Positions 1 to 12,390 are shown, counted from the first letter of the stretch. The stretch is DNA of 64,000 nucleotides from an uncultured Verrucomicrobiae bacterium (GCA_963760675.1 CAVXEG010000017.1:200515-264514), one strand, 5' to 3'. Translations and numbers: made by a program. Notes: generated by a model not told the origin, from the sequence alone.

Positions 1-3000
1 GATTCGACCTCGAAGCCAGGCGGCATAATGAAGCTCAGTCGAAAAATTCCCGCGCGCGTGATATCTACGGAGACGTTCGCCGCCAGCACGGTGCGATCCT
101 CCCCGATTGAAAGTGTGTTCTGCGTCTCAACACGCACGTCCGGCTCGACAGCGGAGGCCTTCAAGGAAAAGGTCTTCGACACAGCCCGGCCCGAGCCGGA
201 GAACGTTCCGCTGCCGAATCCACTTCCATCGAGAGTCATCGGCGTTGAGTAACGGAATGCACGGCGCACGGTCAGGCCGGGGAACTGCGCCGCCATCACT
301 TGCACCGCGTTAGCCGGAAAATCTTCAAGGTTGATCGGCGAGAACTGCTCCGCGCTGACGTCGTCCAACTGCACCTCATTACCCGTGGCGATGCCGAGCA
401 AACCGATTTGACTCGCCGCGCCTTCTACCGAAAGCAATCCGAGGTTTTGTCCGAACGGCAACGTTCCGGTCGCAACCTGCGAAAGCACGAGCAACGTGAA
501 TGGTTTCGATTGCGCGCGGCTCAAGGTCACCCGCAGCTTCCGTGCATCAGGATCAAACCGCCACAACGAGACAAGTGAATTTGGGTTTCGAATTTCAGAT
601 TTTGGATTTGCAGACGCGCCATCGGTCACATCCGTCACCGTTGCGCCGCTCGGCACGTCGAAAGTAATTTCGCTCAATTCACCTTGGGCTGGGCGAATCG
701 CCACGAGATGCGCACCCTCAATCACTCCAGCCGACGGAACGTAGAGCTGGGAAATTTCCGCGTAGAATACCGGCTTCTCGCTTTTCACGTCGCGGCTGCG
801 CGGCCGCCAGGCCACGCGAGCGCCGTCGGCTGGCGAGAGCACCACCGTTGCGACAGTGTTACTGCCGGCCATTTCACGGCGGACAGACACCGCCTGCGGC
901 GACAGCACGTCGACGTCAGCATTCGCCAGGGTGATGGTCAGTTGGTTGATGAGACCGCTGCGCACCGGCAACGTGAAACTCCCTTCGGCGGCTCCCGCAG
1001 CGATTTGGATCTGGTACTGAAGCTCGATATCGAACACGCCTGTTTGTTCGGCCCGCAACTGCTGGTTTCTGTCCGTTGCGGACAGTTGCATCAAGGTGAA
1101 CGCGCGCGGCGGGAACGTCGCACGCGTCAGCACCGCTGGTTCCTGCAACAGCGGCAACACGTCACCGCGTGTCACACGCCAGCGAATCCTTGCTGTCGCC
1201 AGCGCGAATTTGTCCTCGACCCGGATGTCCTGCACAACCGATTCCGGCGCGGGTGCATTGGGAATGGAGTGAGAAACAGGTTCAGCGGCCATGGTCGTAG
1301 TTCCGCAACTCAACGCGAGTAACGCGCCGATACACCAGCCTGTGACCACGGGCGAAATTGCCGGAGCAGGGCCCTGCGGCGCCTCGGTGTCACGCGGCAG
1401 TTGCCACAGCCGGCGCAGTGCCGGAACGGCAACGTGCACGGCGAGAAACGTCGCGAACAACCATACGAAAGCGGGCGCGCTGTTCGGGAAGCGCAAGACC
1501 GCCCAGATCAGGCATGTCCATCCGGCTGCCAGCGCCAGTGTTTTGCGGAGTCCTGTGTCCGCCGTTGCCCCGTACACCCAAACAGCCAGCGCGAGCAGCG
1601 CGGGCCAGGCGGTGACGATGCGCCCGAACGTTGACATGCGGTCGGCGACGTTCGCGACTTCCACAGTGAGTGCGCTGTTCGCCGCCTGTACCGGCGCGAC
1701 CAGCGCCACGCCAGCAGGGATGGCAGCCCTTTGCTGTTCCGCCAGCACCGCCAGCCGCATCAGGAACGGGATCGCCGCCCCTATCGCGATCAAGCCGATC
1801 AAGGCGCCGCCCAGGTGGCGCGCGCTGTATCGGCGCGGGTTCGTCCGCGCGGTCCAACGCCACACCACCAGGGCTGCCCCAACCAGAACCCACGTAACGA
1901 GCAATGACATTAGCGCCTCGCCCGCCTCCCTGGCTGTGAAGATTCGCATCACCCCCGCAAAACCAGAAACGTCCGTCGCACCGCCGGCAGGCGTCAGGGT
2001 TCCGCGACGAAAGATCAACCGCTGTCCGGCATCGGGCGTGAGTGTCCATTCCGCGAGCATCACCGGCGCGGCGAGGATCGGGGCCGTCACGCTTACGCGC
2101 TTCGCATCGTTCGTCTGCGCGAGCTTCAATTGCACACGGAGAATCGCGTCAGGTGCGGCGTGCTGTGGCAGGGGAATCAACAGTGATCTGTCCACGCTCG
2201 CACCAGTATCTCCGGCGGACGCGCGGGTCGAGTCGATATTGGTCCGGACATCGAGAACCGGCACGACCGTCGCATCATTGACGACGGCGGACCACAACCG
2301 CGTTCCCGCTGGCAAAGTAACGCGGAGATTCGGGTTGCCGCGACTCTTGACGAAATAACGGGCATCGGTGAGCACCTGACCTTCCTGCGACACGCGCGTT
2401 TCGAGCGCGGCGCGGTCGATGACCTGGTTGAGCGAATCTCCCTGTTCGAGTGGGTGCAACGCGAGCCGGAGATCGAACGGTCGCGCGGTGTAGCGATACG
2501 CGGCGAGGATCGGCGCGTCAAAAAACAGCCTGTATTCCGCAGGCACTTCGCCGGGTTCGAGGACCATTAAGCCAGACGAAACATCCGCTGGTGTCACCTG
2601 AAACTGATACGAGCTGATAACGATTGTATGGCCTTGCTCGCTTTGCACGCCAAGCGGCTGTGCGCCGGTGAACGCGAGCGTTTCGCCCGCTGACTTGAAT
2701 GGCCGCTCATAAGTCGCGAGCAGTGTGTATGCGCCGGATACCGGCGAGTGCAATTGCACAACGTAACCGTTCGTGGTTTTCTGCCAGTTCCGCACATCCT
2801 TGCCGGTGAACTCGACATTGAAATATTCGTCGGACAATTCGACTCGCAACAGGGACAACGGCGCGCCGGAAATCTGATAGTTAATCACGCTGCTGCCGTA
2901 AGCGACGCCTTCGCCAATGGAGAACAAATGCAGCGCGTCGGCTTGCACGGTTTGAGGCAGACGTTCGACTCGCATCGTGGCTTCCCACGCTGGATCGCTG

Positions 3001-4597
3001 ATACGGAATGCGGTTTGAAGGTTCGCAACTTTGCGCGGAAAAAATGCCGTCGCGATTTCTGTCAACGACTGCGAGCGTTCGGCGCTCAAACGAAAACCGG
3101 CATCCGCCGAAATGCCGATGTTGCCGCGAACGGACTTCGCTTTGGCAACTTCGACGCGCGGCAAGTTCCAACTGGTTTCGTCAAGAGGTTTGTTGCGTTC
3201 GAGTCGAAGCTGGATCACCTGGCGGCCAGAGACGGGCTGGCCGTAGATAATGCGGAGGTCGTTTTGATCCGATGAACCCTTGGCCCCGTCCGAGGGGGAG
3301 AGACTGTCCGAAGGACGGGAGAGGGGGTCGCTCAGAAAATAGTCGCTCATGCCTGAAGCGTTGATGCGTGCAATGGCGTAGCCCTTCGGAACGCGGAGAA
3401 GGAGTTCACGCAGCGGGGCTTCGCGCACGTCCAGTTCGATCTCTGCGTCAATCGCGAGTTCGTTCTGGCCGTGATTATACGCGAGGATTTCGGAGACGCT
3501 GAGTTCGGGTTGGATTTGGTCCGCTTGCACGCGCAACCCGTAGTCGGCGCTGGAGAAACGATACGCGAACCGCTGGCTGCCACCGACACGCAGAGCCGCG
3601 CGCGTGACGTCGCTCTCCGGAAATTGCTCCGGCGAAATTTGCGAGAGACCGCTGGCTTGCGCAACTTCGAGCCGAACCGCGCCTTCATTCACCACGCGAA
3701 AATATCCGGCGAAACGCGTCGCGCCCTCAGGTTGCAAACGCATGGCTTCGGCAGTTTGCGGAAAAGCGCCCAGGGACGTTTGAAGCTGGACTTGCAGCGA
3801 GAAAGAATCTTTCTGCGGTTGGTTCAACTGAATCACAAGACGGCGATCAGCGGAACCGCTCACAGGTTCCAAATTCCACGCCAACACCTGATCTCCGCTG
3901 ACGCGTGTGACTTCGCCATCACCGTGCAGGAACAGCGACACGCGATTCAACTCACCCTGCATCACTTTGAAATCGAGCAGCGCAGTTTGCTGCATGAGTC
4001 CGGGACTCACGCTGACTTGCGCCAGCATCTCCGCGGCATAAAACAATTTTCCTTCCCCAGCTTTGCGCGCCTCTTTCCATGACAACTTCACCATACCGTC
4101 CGATGGAAGATAGCTCGTGAACTCGTTGCCTTTGCGCTCAGGCCGGGAAGCGCCGGGGAATTGAAACTGCGTGTCGGCAGCGAGGCCTTGCAAGACGAAC
4201 GGCTGCGGCGCGCCCGGCGCCACCTGGAAATCGACGGAGTTCCAATCGTTGCTCGCGCGGACAGCGGCGGTGAATTTGACCTGAACGGGATATTCCCCTC
4301 TGCGATCAAACACGGCAACGTAACGGTTCGACTCAGCGCGCATCCGCCATTTCGCGCGCGGATCCAATTCGGTGAGCGCGACAGTGCCGGCGAGCAGGTC
4401 GAGAGAGCCGCCATTTCGATCACCACCTTCGCAATCGCGGTGAGAGTGAACGTAGCGCGATTGCTGGAGAGATCCCCGACAAGTTGGAAATTGCGCAGCA
4501 CCGGGCCAGGTGCTGAGACGGGGCCTGCGAGGGACGATGTCGCCGCCCAACTGAACATGATTCCGCCGGCGAAGACGAGGGTGAGTGGAGTTTTCAT
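1..4597 (-). CDS. Very large secreted/surface protein. N-terminal signal peptide MKTPLTLVFAGGIMFSWAATSSLAGP at 4597, internal multi-TM hydrophobic block, C-terminus beyond window start. At least 3 frame changes between 4597 and 3950.
   Basis: Manual minus-strand translation shows a continuous frame with GC-rich third positions from ~3960 to position 1. Not in the ORF track because no stop falls inside the window. Plus-strand ORFs here are Ala/Ser/Arg-rich antisense artefacts. Confidence 0.5.
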
Positions 4598-4613
4598 AAA
4601 TCGAATGGCGCTT

Positions 4614-5561
4614 TCACCGCGACTGAACCGGCTGGAGGATCACGAGGATGTTCGTGTCGCCGCTCTGCGTCCGGAACCTGCCGGTCAACTCCGGTCGGCC
4701 CCAGTTGCTGGAACTGACGCTGGCAAATCCGCTGACCGCTCCTTCAACGACCGCGTCGAACCGAAAATGTCCTTCGGCATCGGTCCGCACTGATCCGCCG
4801 GGTTGTCCACCGACGGCGGACAGGCTGACCATGACGCCGGCCACTGGCTGATTGTCGAGTCCGACCACCGTGCCGGCGATTTGGGATGTGGCGGGCAGGA
4901 GTTCAATCGGCGGCAACTCAATCCGATTATCTTTTGCGCGGGTGTCCGAAAGTTGGATTCGTTCGCGGCTGTAGCCACGTGCGGTTGCCTCCACCGCAAA
5001 ATCTCCGGCTGGCGGCATGGCCGTGAAGGAGAAAGTCCCATTGGTTTCCGACTGTGTTCTGGTGAGTTCGGCGCCGGCTCTGTTGATCCACATGTGCAAG
5101 GCCACGTCGGCGTTGGGCAATGGCCGTCCGTCGACATCCTGCACCAACCCGGCGATCGTGAGTCCTGTCTGCAACTGCACGTTCACAGTCGCATCCGCTT
5201 CTTCGAGGTCCCGCGTGGCGACCAGATTGCGCGCAGCGTCGCGAACAATCAGCGCGGAATTGATTTTGGGAGCGCGGCTCGTGGGCGGTTGCGGCTGGGA
5301 CTTCCAGTGAACGATATACGTTCCATCGTCGGCGCTCGTGAATTCCTGGAACGGGTTGGCCGAGCGCCACACCCTGAGGACGGCGCCCGAGGCGGGCGTT
5401 CCGTCCGGGCCATAGATGACGCCGCTGGTCGTCCACTGGGGTTTGGCATCGGCCGCTGGATTGCCCGGCGTGAGGAGGTTCGTGTCGCCCGCCTGCACGT
5501 GCGCGTGACCGGCGATTGCAACGGTGACAAGGACGAGCCATGGAGCTCGTGGGATTTTCAT
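4614..5561 (-). CDS. Secreted protein with two carboxypeptidase-regulatory-like (CarboxypepD_reg-type) beta-sandwich domains
   Basis: 315-aa ORF. Signal peptide MKIPRAPWLVLVTVAIAGHAHVQA. Motifs GTVVGLDNQPVAGVMVSLS..TDAEGHFRF typical of CarboxypepD_reg-like domains. Confidence 0.65.
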   Translation of the reverse strand: MKIPRAPWLVLVTVAIAGHAHVQAGDTNLLTPGNPAADAKPQWTTSGVIYGPDGTPASGAVLRVWRSANPFQEFTSADDGTYIVHWKSQPQPPTSRAPKINSALIVRDAARNLVATRDLEEADATVNVQLQTGLTIAGLVQDVDGRPLPNADVALHMWINRAGAELTRTQSETNGTFSFTAMPPAGDFAVEATARGYSRERIQLSDTRAKDNRIELPPIELLPATSQIAGTVVGLDNQPVAGVMVSLSAVGGQPGGSVRTDAEGHFRFDAVVEGAVSGFASVSSSNWGRPELTGRFRTQSGDTNILVILQPVQSR

Positions 5562-5816
5562 ATGAAGGAGGAAGGTTGCGCCGCGTGCAATTGGGTTGAG
5601 TGGTTCCAGGTCGAACGGCGCTTCATGCCTTTCACAATCTTAATTCGCATTCCGGTTCCTTTTGTCATGCCTATGTAAAAAATTCGTTTACTGTTTGTCT
5701 GACGCCGGAATTTCCAACGGCACGCAGATTGAAAATCTGCGATACGGCAGAGCGCAACTCGGCGCTACGACTGTGGACCAGTCGCACACGTGCACTCTTC
5801 GCATAGCCGGGCATTT

Positions 5817-6299
5817 TCATTTCGCCCCGACAACTTCAACATTTTTCGGAACGGCTACCTGGTCCAAGGCGATTTTTCCGCCAGTCCAGAAATGCACTTC
5901 CAAAATGTAGTTGGTGCAAATTCCGTTTTTCCATCCGTTTCCCTGGCCGTATAATTCCCAGTCGCAAGGCCCGCGACCTGCCCACGGCGATTTCGCCTCG
6001 CCAACTCCGTCATGGAGAATCAAGCGATGCCGATCCACCGTGCCGCCAATTTTTGAGTAATCCTCCAGGAACGACGAAAAATTTGTCGCGGTCCCGGCAA
6101 AGAAGAAAACGTCGGTGATGTTGACGAAGAATCCGTAAATCCGGTTTGTTCCATTCACCAGGTTCGTCATCCCTTCCGGCCAGGAACCTGGATTGGTCAC
6201 AGGTTGGCCGTTCGGATGGTCCATGCCGAGGCCGAAAACGTGCCAGCCGGCAAGGGTAATCGCACCGGTAAGAACGGCAGCAATGCAGAGCTTTTTCAT
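5817..6299 (-). CDS. Secreted hypothetical protein (start at MKKLCIAAVLTGAITLAG)
   Basis: ORF 5817..6353 with an internal Met followed by a signal-peptide-like segment. Protein-like composition. Confidence 0.5.
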   Translation of the reverse strand: MKKLCIAAVLTGAITLAGWHVFGLGMDHPNGQPVTNPGSWPEGMTNLVNGTNRIYGFFVNITDVFFFAGTATNFSSFLEDYSKIGGTVDRHRLILHDGVGEAKSPWAGRGPCDWELYGQGNGWKNGICTNYILEVHFWTGGKIALDQVAVPKNVEVVGAK

Positions 6300-6301
6300 A
6301 A

Positions 6302-6951
6302 TCATTTCTTCGCCGAAATTTTCACTGGCGGCAGTGTGAGCGTTCCTTTGCATACGTACGGAACCACACCGGTTTCTGTTGAAATGATGCCATCAGCTCT
6401 TGTATAGCGGGGAAGAGGCAGCGTTTCGCCTTTTGGAATTGTCAGATTCAAAGCGCCGGACAGGTAATAGTCATTTCTGTCACCTCGGTGGATCTTCCAC
6501 AGATTCCAACCGGCTCCGATCAGCAACTCTCCGTCTTTCGCTTTCCAGTTGGCAGGGGGATTGGGGTGGACGCGCAAGGTTGAATCGAACGGCAATGCCA
6601 GCCACGTGAGTTCTGGGATCAAGCCATTGTAAGACCACATTGAAGGCGCGATTATTTTGCCGTCCGAATTCCGCAGTTCGCATTTCAAATCAAAATAGGA
6701 GTGGACGTAAATCGTATTCACCGAGTTGTTGGTATTTTGGAACTCAACAAAGATGATTGCCGTCCGGGAACCGAATGCATCGGCGGTTTCAAATTCACCA
6801 GTCGCGCTCTGAGACTCAAACCCTGAATTGGATTGTTGGTCAAAACCGCCCAGTCTCCAGTTAAAATATTTTCGCTCTCTGTTTGTGCCATCGTAATGGA
6901 GGCGGCCAAAGTCACACACGCGACAATGAGTATTTGTTTCAAGAATTTCAT
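6302..6951 (-). CDS. Secreted hypothetical protein. Signal peptide MKFLKQILIVACVTLAASITMA. Frame change near 6870 at an A/T homopolymer.
   Basis: Signal peptide found in frame of ORF 6718..7575 tail. The rest (NWRLGGFDQQSN...VKISAKK) is in frame of ORF 6302..6976. Confidence 0.5.
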
Positions 6952-6962
6952 GTGATTTGATT

Positions 6963-8927
6963 TCATTTCCCCGCAATGCTCTTCGCCTGCCGGATCATCC
7001 ATTCCAGTTTCTTCGGGCGCGCGTCCGCGCCATAGACTTCCGGCACGCCGCTCAGGTAATTCGAGCAACCGATCCGGCGTGACTTCGCCGGCGAACGGAC
7101 TCGACACCAGCCATTCGGAAAACGCGCTCGCCGTCGCCGCCAGGCGCATCGCCGGACTGGCCTGCTCCAGCGCAACGGCGTTGCCGGTGTAAGGCACGGC
7201 CCACTCCTGCTCGCGATAATCCGCTGTGCCGGGAATCTTGATAGCGCACGCGCACCGTGCGCAAGCGGCCCGTCGCCGCGCGGGATTCACCTCCACCGTG
7301 TAAAGCGCGTTGCCGGCTTCCTGCGCGGCGATCTCGGCGGCGTCCACCGTGTTGTCGCGGAACTGTTCCTTGGTGAGCTGATGCTTCGCGTAGCCGATCT
7401 GGCGATACGCCGTCACGCGCTGCGGATTGAACTCGACCTGCACCTTCACGTCCGACGCGGCGACCTGCAGCGCGCCGGCAAGCTGGCCGGCAAATTCCGT
7501 CGCCGGCTTCCTCGGGCGTATTGATGAAGCCGTAACGGCCATCGCCGTTGCGCGAGAGCACTTCGAGCAGATCATCGTTGTAACCTTCCCAGCCGATGCC
7601 GAAGCAATCGAGCGCGATGCCTTGCTTGCGATGCGCCTCGACCTTCTGCTTGAGCGCGTCGGGCTCGACGTCGCCGAGGTTCGCCGCGCCGTCGGTGAGC
7701 AGCACGACGCGGTTGATGCCGTTGGCGAGGTAATGCCGCAGCGCGGTCTGGTAGGCGAGGTTCATCGCGTCTTCGAGATTCGTGCCGCCCTGCGGCGTGA
7801 GATCGCTCGACCTGCTTCGGCGACTTCGCCGGCCTGGTCGCCGGGCACGCCGTCCACCCACAGCCGCGCCGTGCGCGCGAAGGTGACGACGCTGAGCTTG
7901 TCCTGCGGCTGCAACTGCGCCGCCAGCACGCGCAACGCCTCGCGGATGATGCTGCACGCGGTCGGCGCGCTCCATCGAACCGGAATTGTCGAGCAGCAGG
8001 ACGAGGTTCAGCGGCCGGCCCGGCTGGCGGCCCGCGCGCCGCGGTCTTGACCGAGAAGCGCAGCAGGTCGCGATTGTGCGCGAACGGATACCGCGCGCGC
8101 TCCCACGCAAAGGCAATCGGCGCGCCCGGCGGCGGCTCCGGATCGCGATAATCGAACGCGTTGATGAACTCCTCGCTGCGCATCGAAGCCGGGTCGGGCA
8201 TCTGGCCCTTCTCCAGGCTCGCCGCGGCGAGCTTGAAGGACACGTCGCTGACGTTGAGCGAGAAGGTGGAGAACGCATTATCGCGCGTCTGAATTTCCGG
8301 CTGCGGAACCGGCGGCGGCGTTGCGGGTTTAGGCGCAGGCGCGTCAGTTTGGGAAATCGCGGAAGGAGTTGCGCTCGGCATCGTGCTCATCGGATCCGTG
8401 TCCACGAGCTTGTTGCGCTGAACCGGATTGACGCCCGAATCGGAGACCTCGACCAACTTTTTCTCGGGCGTGACGCTAAGATTGATTCCCTCGCGGTCGA
8501 TCCTCGCGTCCAGTTTGTATTTTGCTTCCGACTCCGACTCAATGAGTCGCTGGCGCGACGGAGTGTCCAGCCTCGCTACGGTTTGACGGATCTGGTCAAT
8601 GGTCGCCTCGTCGCCCATGACTACCAGGTTGCCCGCATTGTCCACGCTGACAGTCGAGCTAGAGGTGTTCGTGGAGGGAACATAGATGGGCGAGCGCTTT
8701 GACAACTCCGCTTGCTTGTCCGAGCGATTGTTCGCGCCATATTGTTTCTGAAACGTCTGGACGCGAGTCGCCATGGAATCGTTCTGCGTATTGCGCGTGT
8801 TGCGCGCCGTATTCGCGCCAACGGTGTCCTGAAGAGCTTTCGCGATATCGTAGGGATCGGCGTAGCGGACGGGAATTTCCGACACTGCCACTTGATTGCT
8901 GGGCGGTGGAGTCGACACATAGCCCAC
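6963..8927 (-). CDS. von Willebrand factor type A domain protein (YfbK/DUF3520-like), at least 4 frame changes in this sequence
   Basis: Pieces spread over ORFs 7572..8927, 7052..8278, 6718..7575 and 6963..7175. Contains DYRDPEPPPGAPIAFAWE, a MIDAS-like LLLDNSGSME, LLTDGAANLG, and a C-terminal VEVNP...GNAVALEQAS region. Confidence 0.6.
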
Positions 8928-9275
8928 GATATTGACCCCGAAAACATTCGTCGTAGAACCGTCCGGCGGCCGGAAGCCGGCTAATGCGCCAGTAGGTAGC
9001 TGCAGCGGTCAACGTGTTGCGATGCCCCTGTCGGAGCTGCCTCCAGCGCTTTCGATACCTTGCGCATAGAATTGCCCGGGATCGTCGTAGCCGAGGAATT
9101 TCAGCCCGCTTTCATCTCCAGCTTGCTATTGCCGAGATACCATTCAAAAGCGCCTTATTGCATGCTGGTCGGTGCCGGCAACTGCGAGTCCGGAAGTCGG
9201 GTTGGTTGGCGATGACTCACCTCTAAAAAGTCTTCCCATGGAAAGGTATATCACCCAAAACCGGCACTCGACTTG

Positions 9276-10706
9276 TCAGCTCCCGTCGCGAAGGAATCTG
9301 AATTCCGAGAATAGAAATCCTTGCGTTGCTGGTTGCGCGCCTTCAGCAAATGCGCGTCCACCCAATCCACCACGACCGCCACCGCCAAATCCTCCACCAC
9401 CAAATCCGCCGCCACCACCGAAGCCACCACCACCAGAACCGCGGCGTCCGCCTCGGCCTGCGCCCCCGGCTGTGTTGAGAGAAGAGTTCGCGCTCGGCCG
9501 CAGCACCGTTGTTCGCGAAGTAGTTCGTTGATGTACCTTGTTGTTGATAAAGCGACCCGCCGAAAGATCTGAGCACGTCGAGACAATTGCTCCTGCTGTT
9601 GTCTTCTCTCGTAAGTAATATCTACCGCCTGATTCGGTGTCTGGCGCCCGCTCATCGTAGTCACCTGGTTATCACTCAGCTTGTCCTCCGCCAGTGCAAG
9701 CTCGTCGGAAACCGGCTTGCTCGCCGCAATTCCGGCAACGCGATTGCCCCGCGTGTTGTCCTCGAATTCCATCTTGTATCCCAAAGCCGGAGCGCCTGCA
9801 GATTCGTTGAACGAGTAACGATGGAGCAAGTCACTCGTGCCGGACGAAGCAGCCGGACTGGAATCCAGCGACTTGTTTCCCAAAGCAATTTCGCCTGCCG
9901 CTTCGGCGGTTTGCTGTGCCGGAGCAAAAGTTGCTGGAGGCAAAGCCGAAGGCGGCGGAGCAGACTCAACAACATTGAGTTCAAGCTTTCCTTCACCTCT
10001 CAGTCCGGGGAGCGGAGTTGTGGAAGCGGTCTCGGTGCCGGACGGCAGAACGATCGTTGTCCGGCTGCGTGACGACCGGCGGCGCAGCCAGAGAAATTTT
10101 GAGTGTTTCCGCTGTCGTGCTTTGTTCCTTCAGTTGCGTTTCGCCTAGGCCCTTGGCAGGCGAGACGGTGATCGTGCCTTCACCCCGCAGCCTCTCCAAA
10201 TCAGCAGATCGTCTCCTTGCAAGACTTCGTTTGCGCCGAGCGGCGGCGCTAATGACGGGTGCATATCTTGGTAGACGTCGAAACACTCGGCTAATCTCGA
10301 TTCGGTTCTGCTGGCGAGACGAGGGAGAACAGAGTATCGCAATCGCGCCGATCAGGACGAACACAGCCGCAACTGCCACGGCGACCCTCGCGAGAGAGAA
10401 ACGCTTTGCTGGCGGCGCAAATTCCTTCGGCTGGACCGTCTTGAATTTCGCCAGCAGTTTCTCGCGTCGTTCGGCGGAGAGTTTTAACGCGGGCGCAGCC
10501 TGTGACGTTTCCGCCGTGCTGGTCGCCGTTTCACGAACAAGTTCAACCGTGAGCTTCAACTGCTCGTGCAGTTTCGTCAGCTCCGGATCGTGCGCGATCA
10601 ATTTGCGCAGCAACTCCGCGTCGTCGCCGCTCAATTCGCCGAGCAACAGCGAAGTCAGCCGGGCTTCCAGCTCGGCGCGGAGGTTTTGGGGTGCGTCCGG
10701 GTTCAT
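9276..10706 (-). CDS. Anti-sigma factor: cytoplasmic N-domain, one TM helix, long extracytoplasmic tail ending in a Gly-rich (GGGF)n segment. Frame changes present.
   Basis: ORF 9993..10706 (MNPDAPQNLRAELEARL...TM VAVAVAAVFVLIGAIAIL) directly downstream of an ECF sigma. Continues in ORFs 9251..9943 and 9276..9506. Confidence 0.45.
9360..9470 (-). repeat. Low-complexity coding repeat encoding GGGGFGGGGGFGGGGFGGGGRGG (reads as a Pro-rich PPPNPPPP tract on the plus strand)
   Basis: Direct reading of ccaccgccaccgccaaatcctccaccacc... The minus-strand Gly-rich frame sits in the anti-sigma gene context. Confidence 0.5.
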
Positions 10707-10905
10707 AACGGGCTTTCTTCCAGCTCCGTCAGGAGCGGAATCTCTGTAGATTCATTGAGAAAAAGAGATAGAAGCTCCATAGGAGCGGAATATAAGATGT
10801 CGCTCCCACGGAGCTTCTGTCGGAATGCGGTAACGCCAACTACAAATATGGCGCCCCTGACGGGGCTTCCCGGCCATTGGTGCTTCGCACGTTGCGCTTC
10901 AATTC

Positions 10906-11502
10906 TCATTGCGTGATTCCGTTTCGGGCGAGTTCCTCGGCGATGGCTTTGAGCGCGTGGTGCAGGATGTAACCTACGTTGCCGATTCCCAGCCCGGTGC
11001 GCGCGCTGATTTCTTTGTAGGAAAGGTCTTCGTTGAACTTCAGCCGCACCAGTTCGCGGCTGCGTTCATCGAGCGTTTCGAGGCTCAGACGCACCAGCCC
11101 AATGCCTTCCCAGCGCGTGATTTGTTCGTCGGGCAACGGCTGCGGATCGCTCGGGTCGTTTTCGGCGGATGCGTTTTCGTCGTTCTCGGCGTTGAGCGGC
11201 ACGATCTTTTTCGCGTCGCGCAGATGGTTGAGCGCGAGGTTGTGCACGGTCCGATACAGCCAGCGGCGCGGCTCGCGGACTTCGACAAATTGCTCGTGCA
11301 ACTTCATGAACGCTTCCTGGACGATGTCCTCGGCGACACTGATTTCGCGAGCGAGGCGCAGCGCGTAGTTCAGCAACGGCGATTCCAGAGCTGCGAACAG
11401 CTCTTCGATCGTTTCCGGTTCGCGGGCTTTCACGCCGGCGTGGTCTGTTTGCGTCACCGCCATGGTTGCGGATTGCGCCGTCGGTTCATTCCGCGATCCC
11501 AC
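10906..11502 (-). CDS. RNA polymerase sigma-70 ECF-subfamily factor
   Basis: 198 aa. Region 2 and region 4 signatures (LLNYALRLAREISVAEDIVQEAFMKL ... LSYKEISARTGLGIGNVGYILHHALKAI). Confidence 0.8.
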   Translation of the reverse strand: MGSRNEPTAQSATMAVTQTDHAGVKAREPETIEELFAALESPLLNYALRLAREISVAEDIVQEAFMKLHEQFVEVREPRRWLYRTVHNLALNHLRDAKKIVPLNAENDENASAENDPSDPQPLPDEQITRWEGIGLVRLSLETLDERSRELVRLKFNEDLSYKEISARTGLGIGNVGYILHHALKAIAEELARNGITQ

Positions 11503-11851
11503 CGTTCTGGTGCGGGCAGGACATCGCCTTCACCTGTTATGACACGAGCGGCCATGATTTCTTAGACGAAAATTGTAACTCCTTTGCTCCGCATGAAACC
11601 GCTTAATGCCGCCGGAGCCCCGTGAAGTCGAGGAAATTGATTGGGCAGTTCTAGGGAAGTCCTCAGTTCCAGTTTCTGGATACCGAAATCCAAGAACTGC
11701 CTGAAGAAATCCTCTTACCTGTTGTTACCAGCCAAGCCAATGTGCCAACCCCGCAGGGCTGAGGAGACTGGCCCGTGTCTCACAAGCGCTTACACAAGGT
11801 AAGGCGACCCAGTGCGCTGTACATTCGTTTGATCCATCCGAGGCATCCAAG

Positions 11852-12235
11852 TTGCTAACCTTCGGCAGCATGACAATTGAGCTTGTTAGCAGAGCCACCG
11901 GTAGAGTTTTACGCCTGAGCGCCAATGCGTTCGGCAGGTTGCTGCACCTCGCCAAACAAAATGGTTGGGAGCCAGAACGGGCGCCACAGGACTGGCCCGA
12001 AGCCAATTGGGACACGCAGACTTTTCTTCCGTATGTGGGCTGTTACATGCCTGGGCTGATCTCGGCGACCGAAGCCCGAAGCTTGAAAGGCGCATTGATT
12101 AAAGCATCTGCCACCGGAGAGTTTGCATTTGACGGGAGTTTGAAACTTGCGTCAGAGGTTTTGCTTCAAGTAGCGCGTGAAGGGGCCTTCCTGGTGCGTC
12201 GCACAGCAGATGAGCCACTTGTTCAAGCTGTATAG
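11852..12235 (+). CDS. Hypothetical protein
   Basis: 127-aa ORF with protein-like composition. No recognisable domain. Confidence 0.3.
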   Translation: MLTFGSMTIELVSRATGRVLRLSANAFGRLLHLAKQNGWEPERAPQDWPEANWDTQTFLPYVGCYMPGLISATEARSLKGALIKASATGEFAFDGSLKLASEVLLQVAREGAFLVRRTADEPLVQAV

Positions 12236-12328
12236 CAACGACAAAGGACAGCACACGCACGACTGGTGCACGACTCCAAAAACGCACCTGATACTGCTCA
12301 GCCGATTCTGCAAATTTGGGAAATCACA

Positions 12329-12390
12329 AAACCCTTGTAAATATTGGCGCATCCGGCAGGACTTGAACCTGCAACCTTCTGATCCGAAGT
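12329..12390. repeat. attL-type direct repeat. Partial copy of tRNA-Arg(TCG) 3' portion (46 nt from CCA end to anticodon loop) plus 16 nt of flank. Identical to 50718-50779.
   Basis: 62/62 identity by eye to the sequence at the intact tRNA-Arg. Confidence 0.8.

Noticed and set aside
3952-4080. 43-aa ORF starting ATG 4080 as the start of the giant protein
   Set aside because: The frame terminates after 43 codons. The upstream signal-peptide ORF (4597) plus frame switches gives a continuous secreted protein, so 4080 is most likely internal.
684-4082. Plus-strand ORFs 684..1322, 1291..2358, 2748..3275 and 3471..4082
   Set aside because: Ala/Ser/Arg-rich antisense read-through of the real minus-strand gene. 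The minus frame has GC-rich third positions and sensible composition, and runs uninterrupted to position 1.
7986-8702. Arg-rich plus-strand ORF (and similar ones at 18512..19606, 24170..24535, 34923..35525)
   Set aside because: Characteristic out-of-frame or antisense translations of high-GC coding DNA.
9172-9531. Pro-rich plus-strand ORF (PPNPPRPPPPNPPPP...)
   Set aside because: Reverse complement of the Gly-rich (GGGF)n tail of the minus-strand anti-sigma gene. The minus strand is preferred from operon context, but the strand call is not certain.
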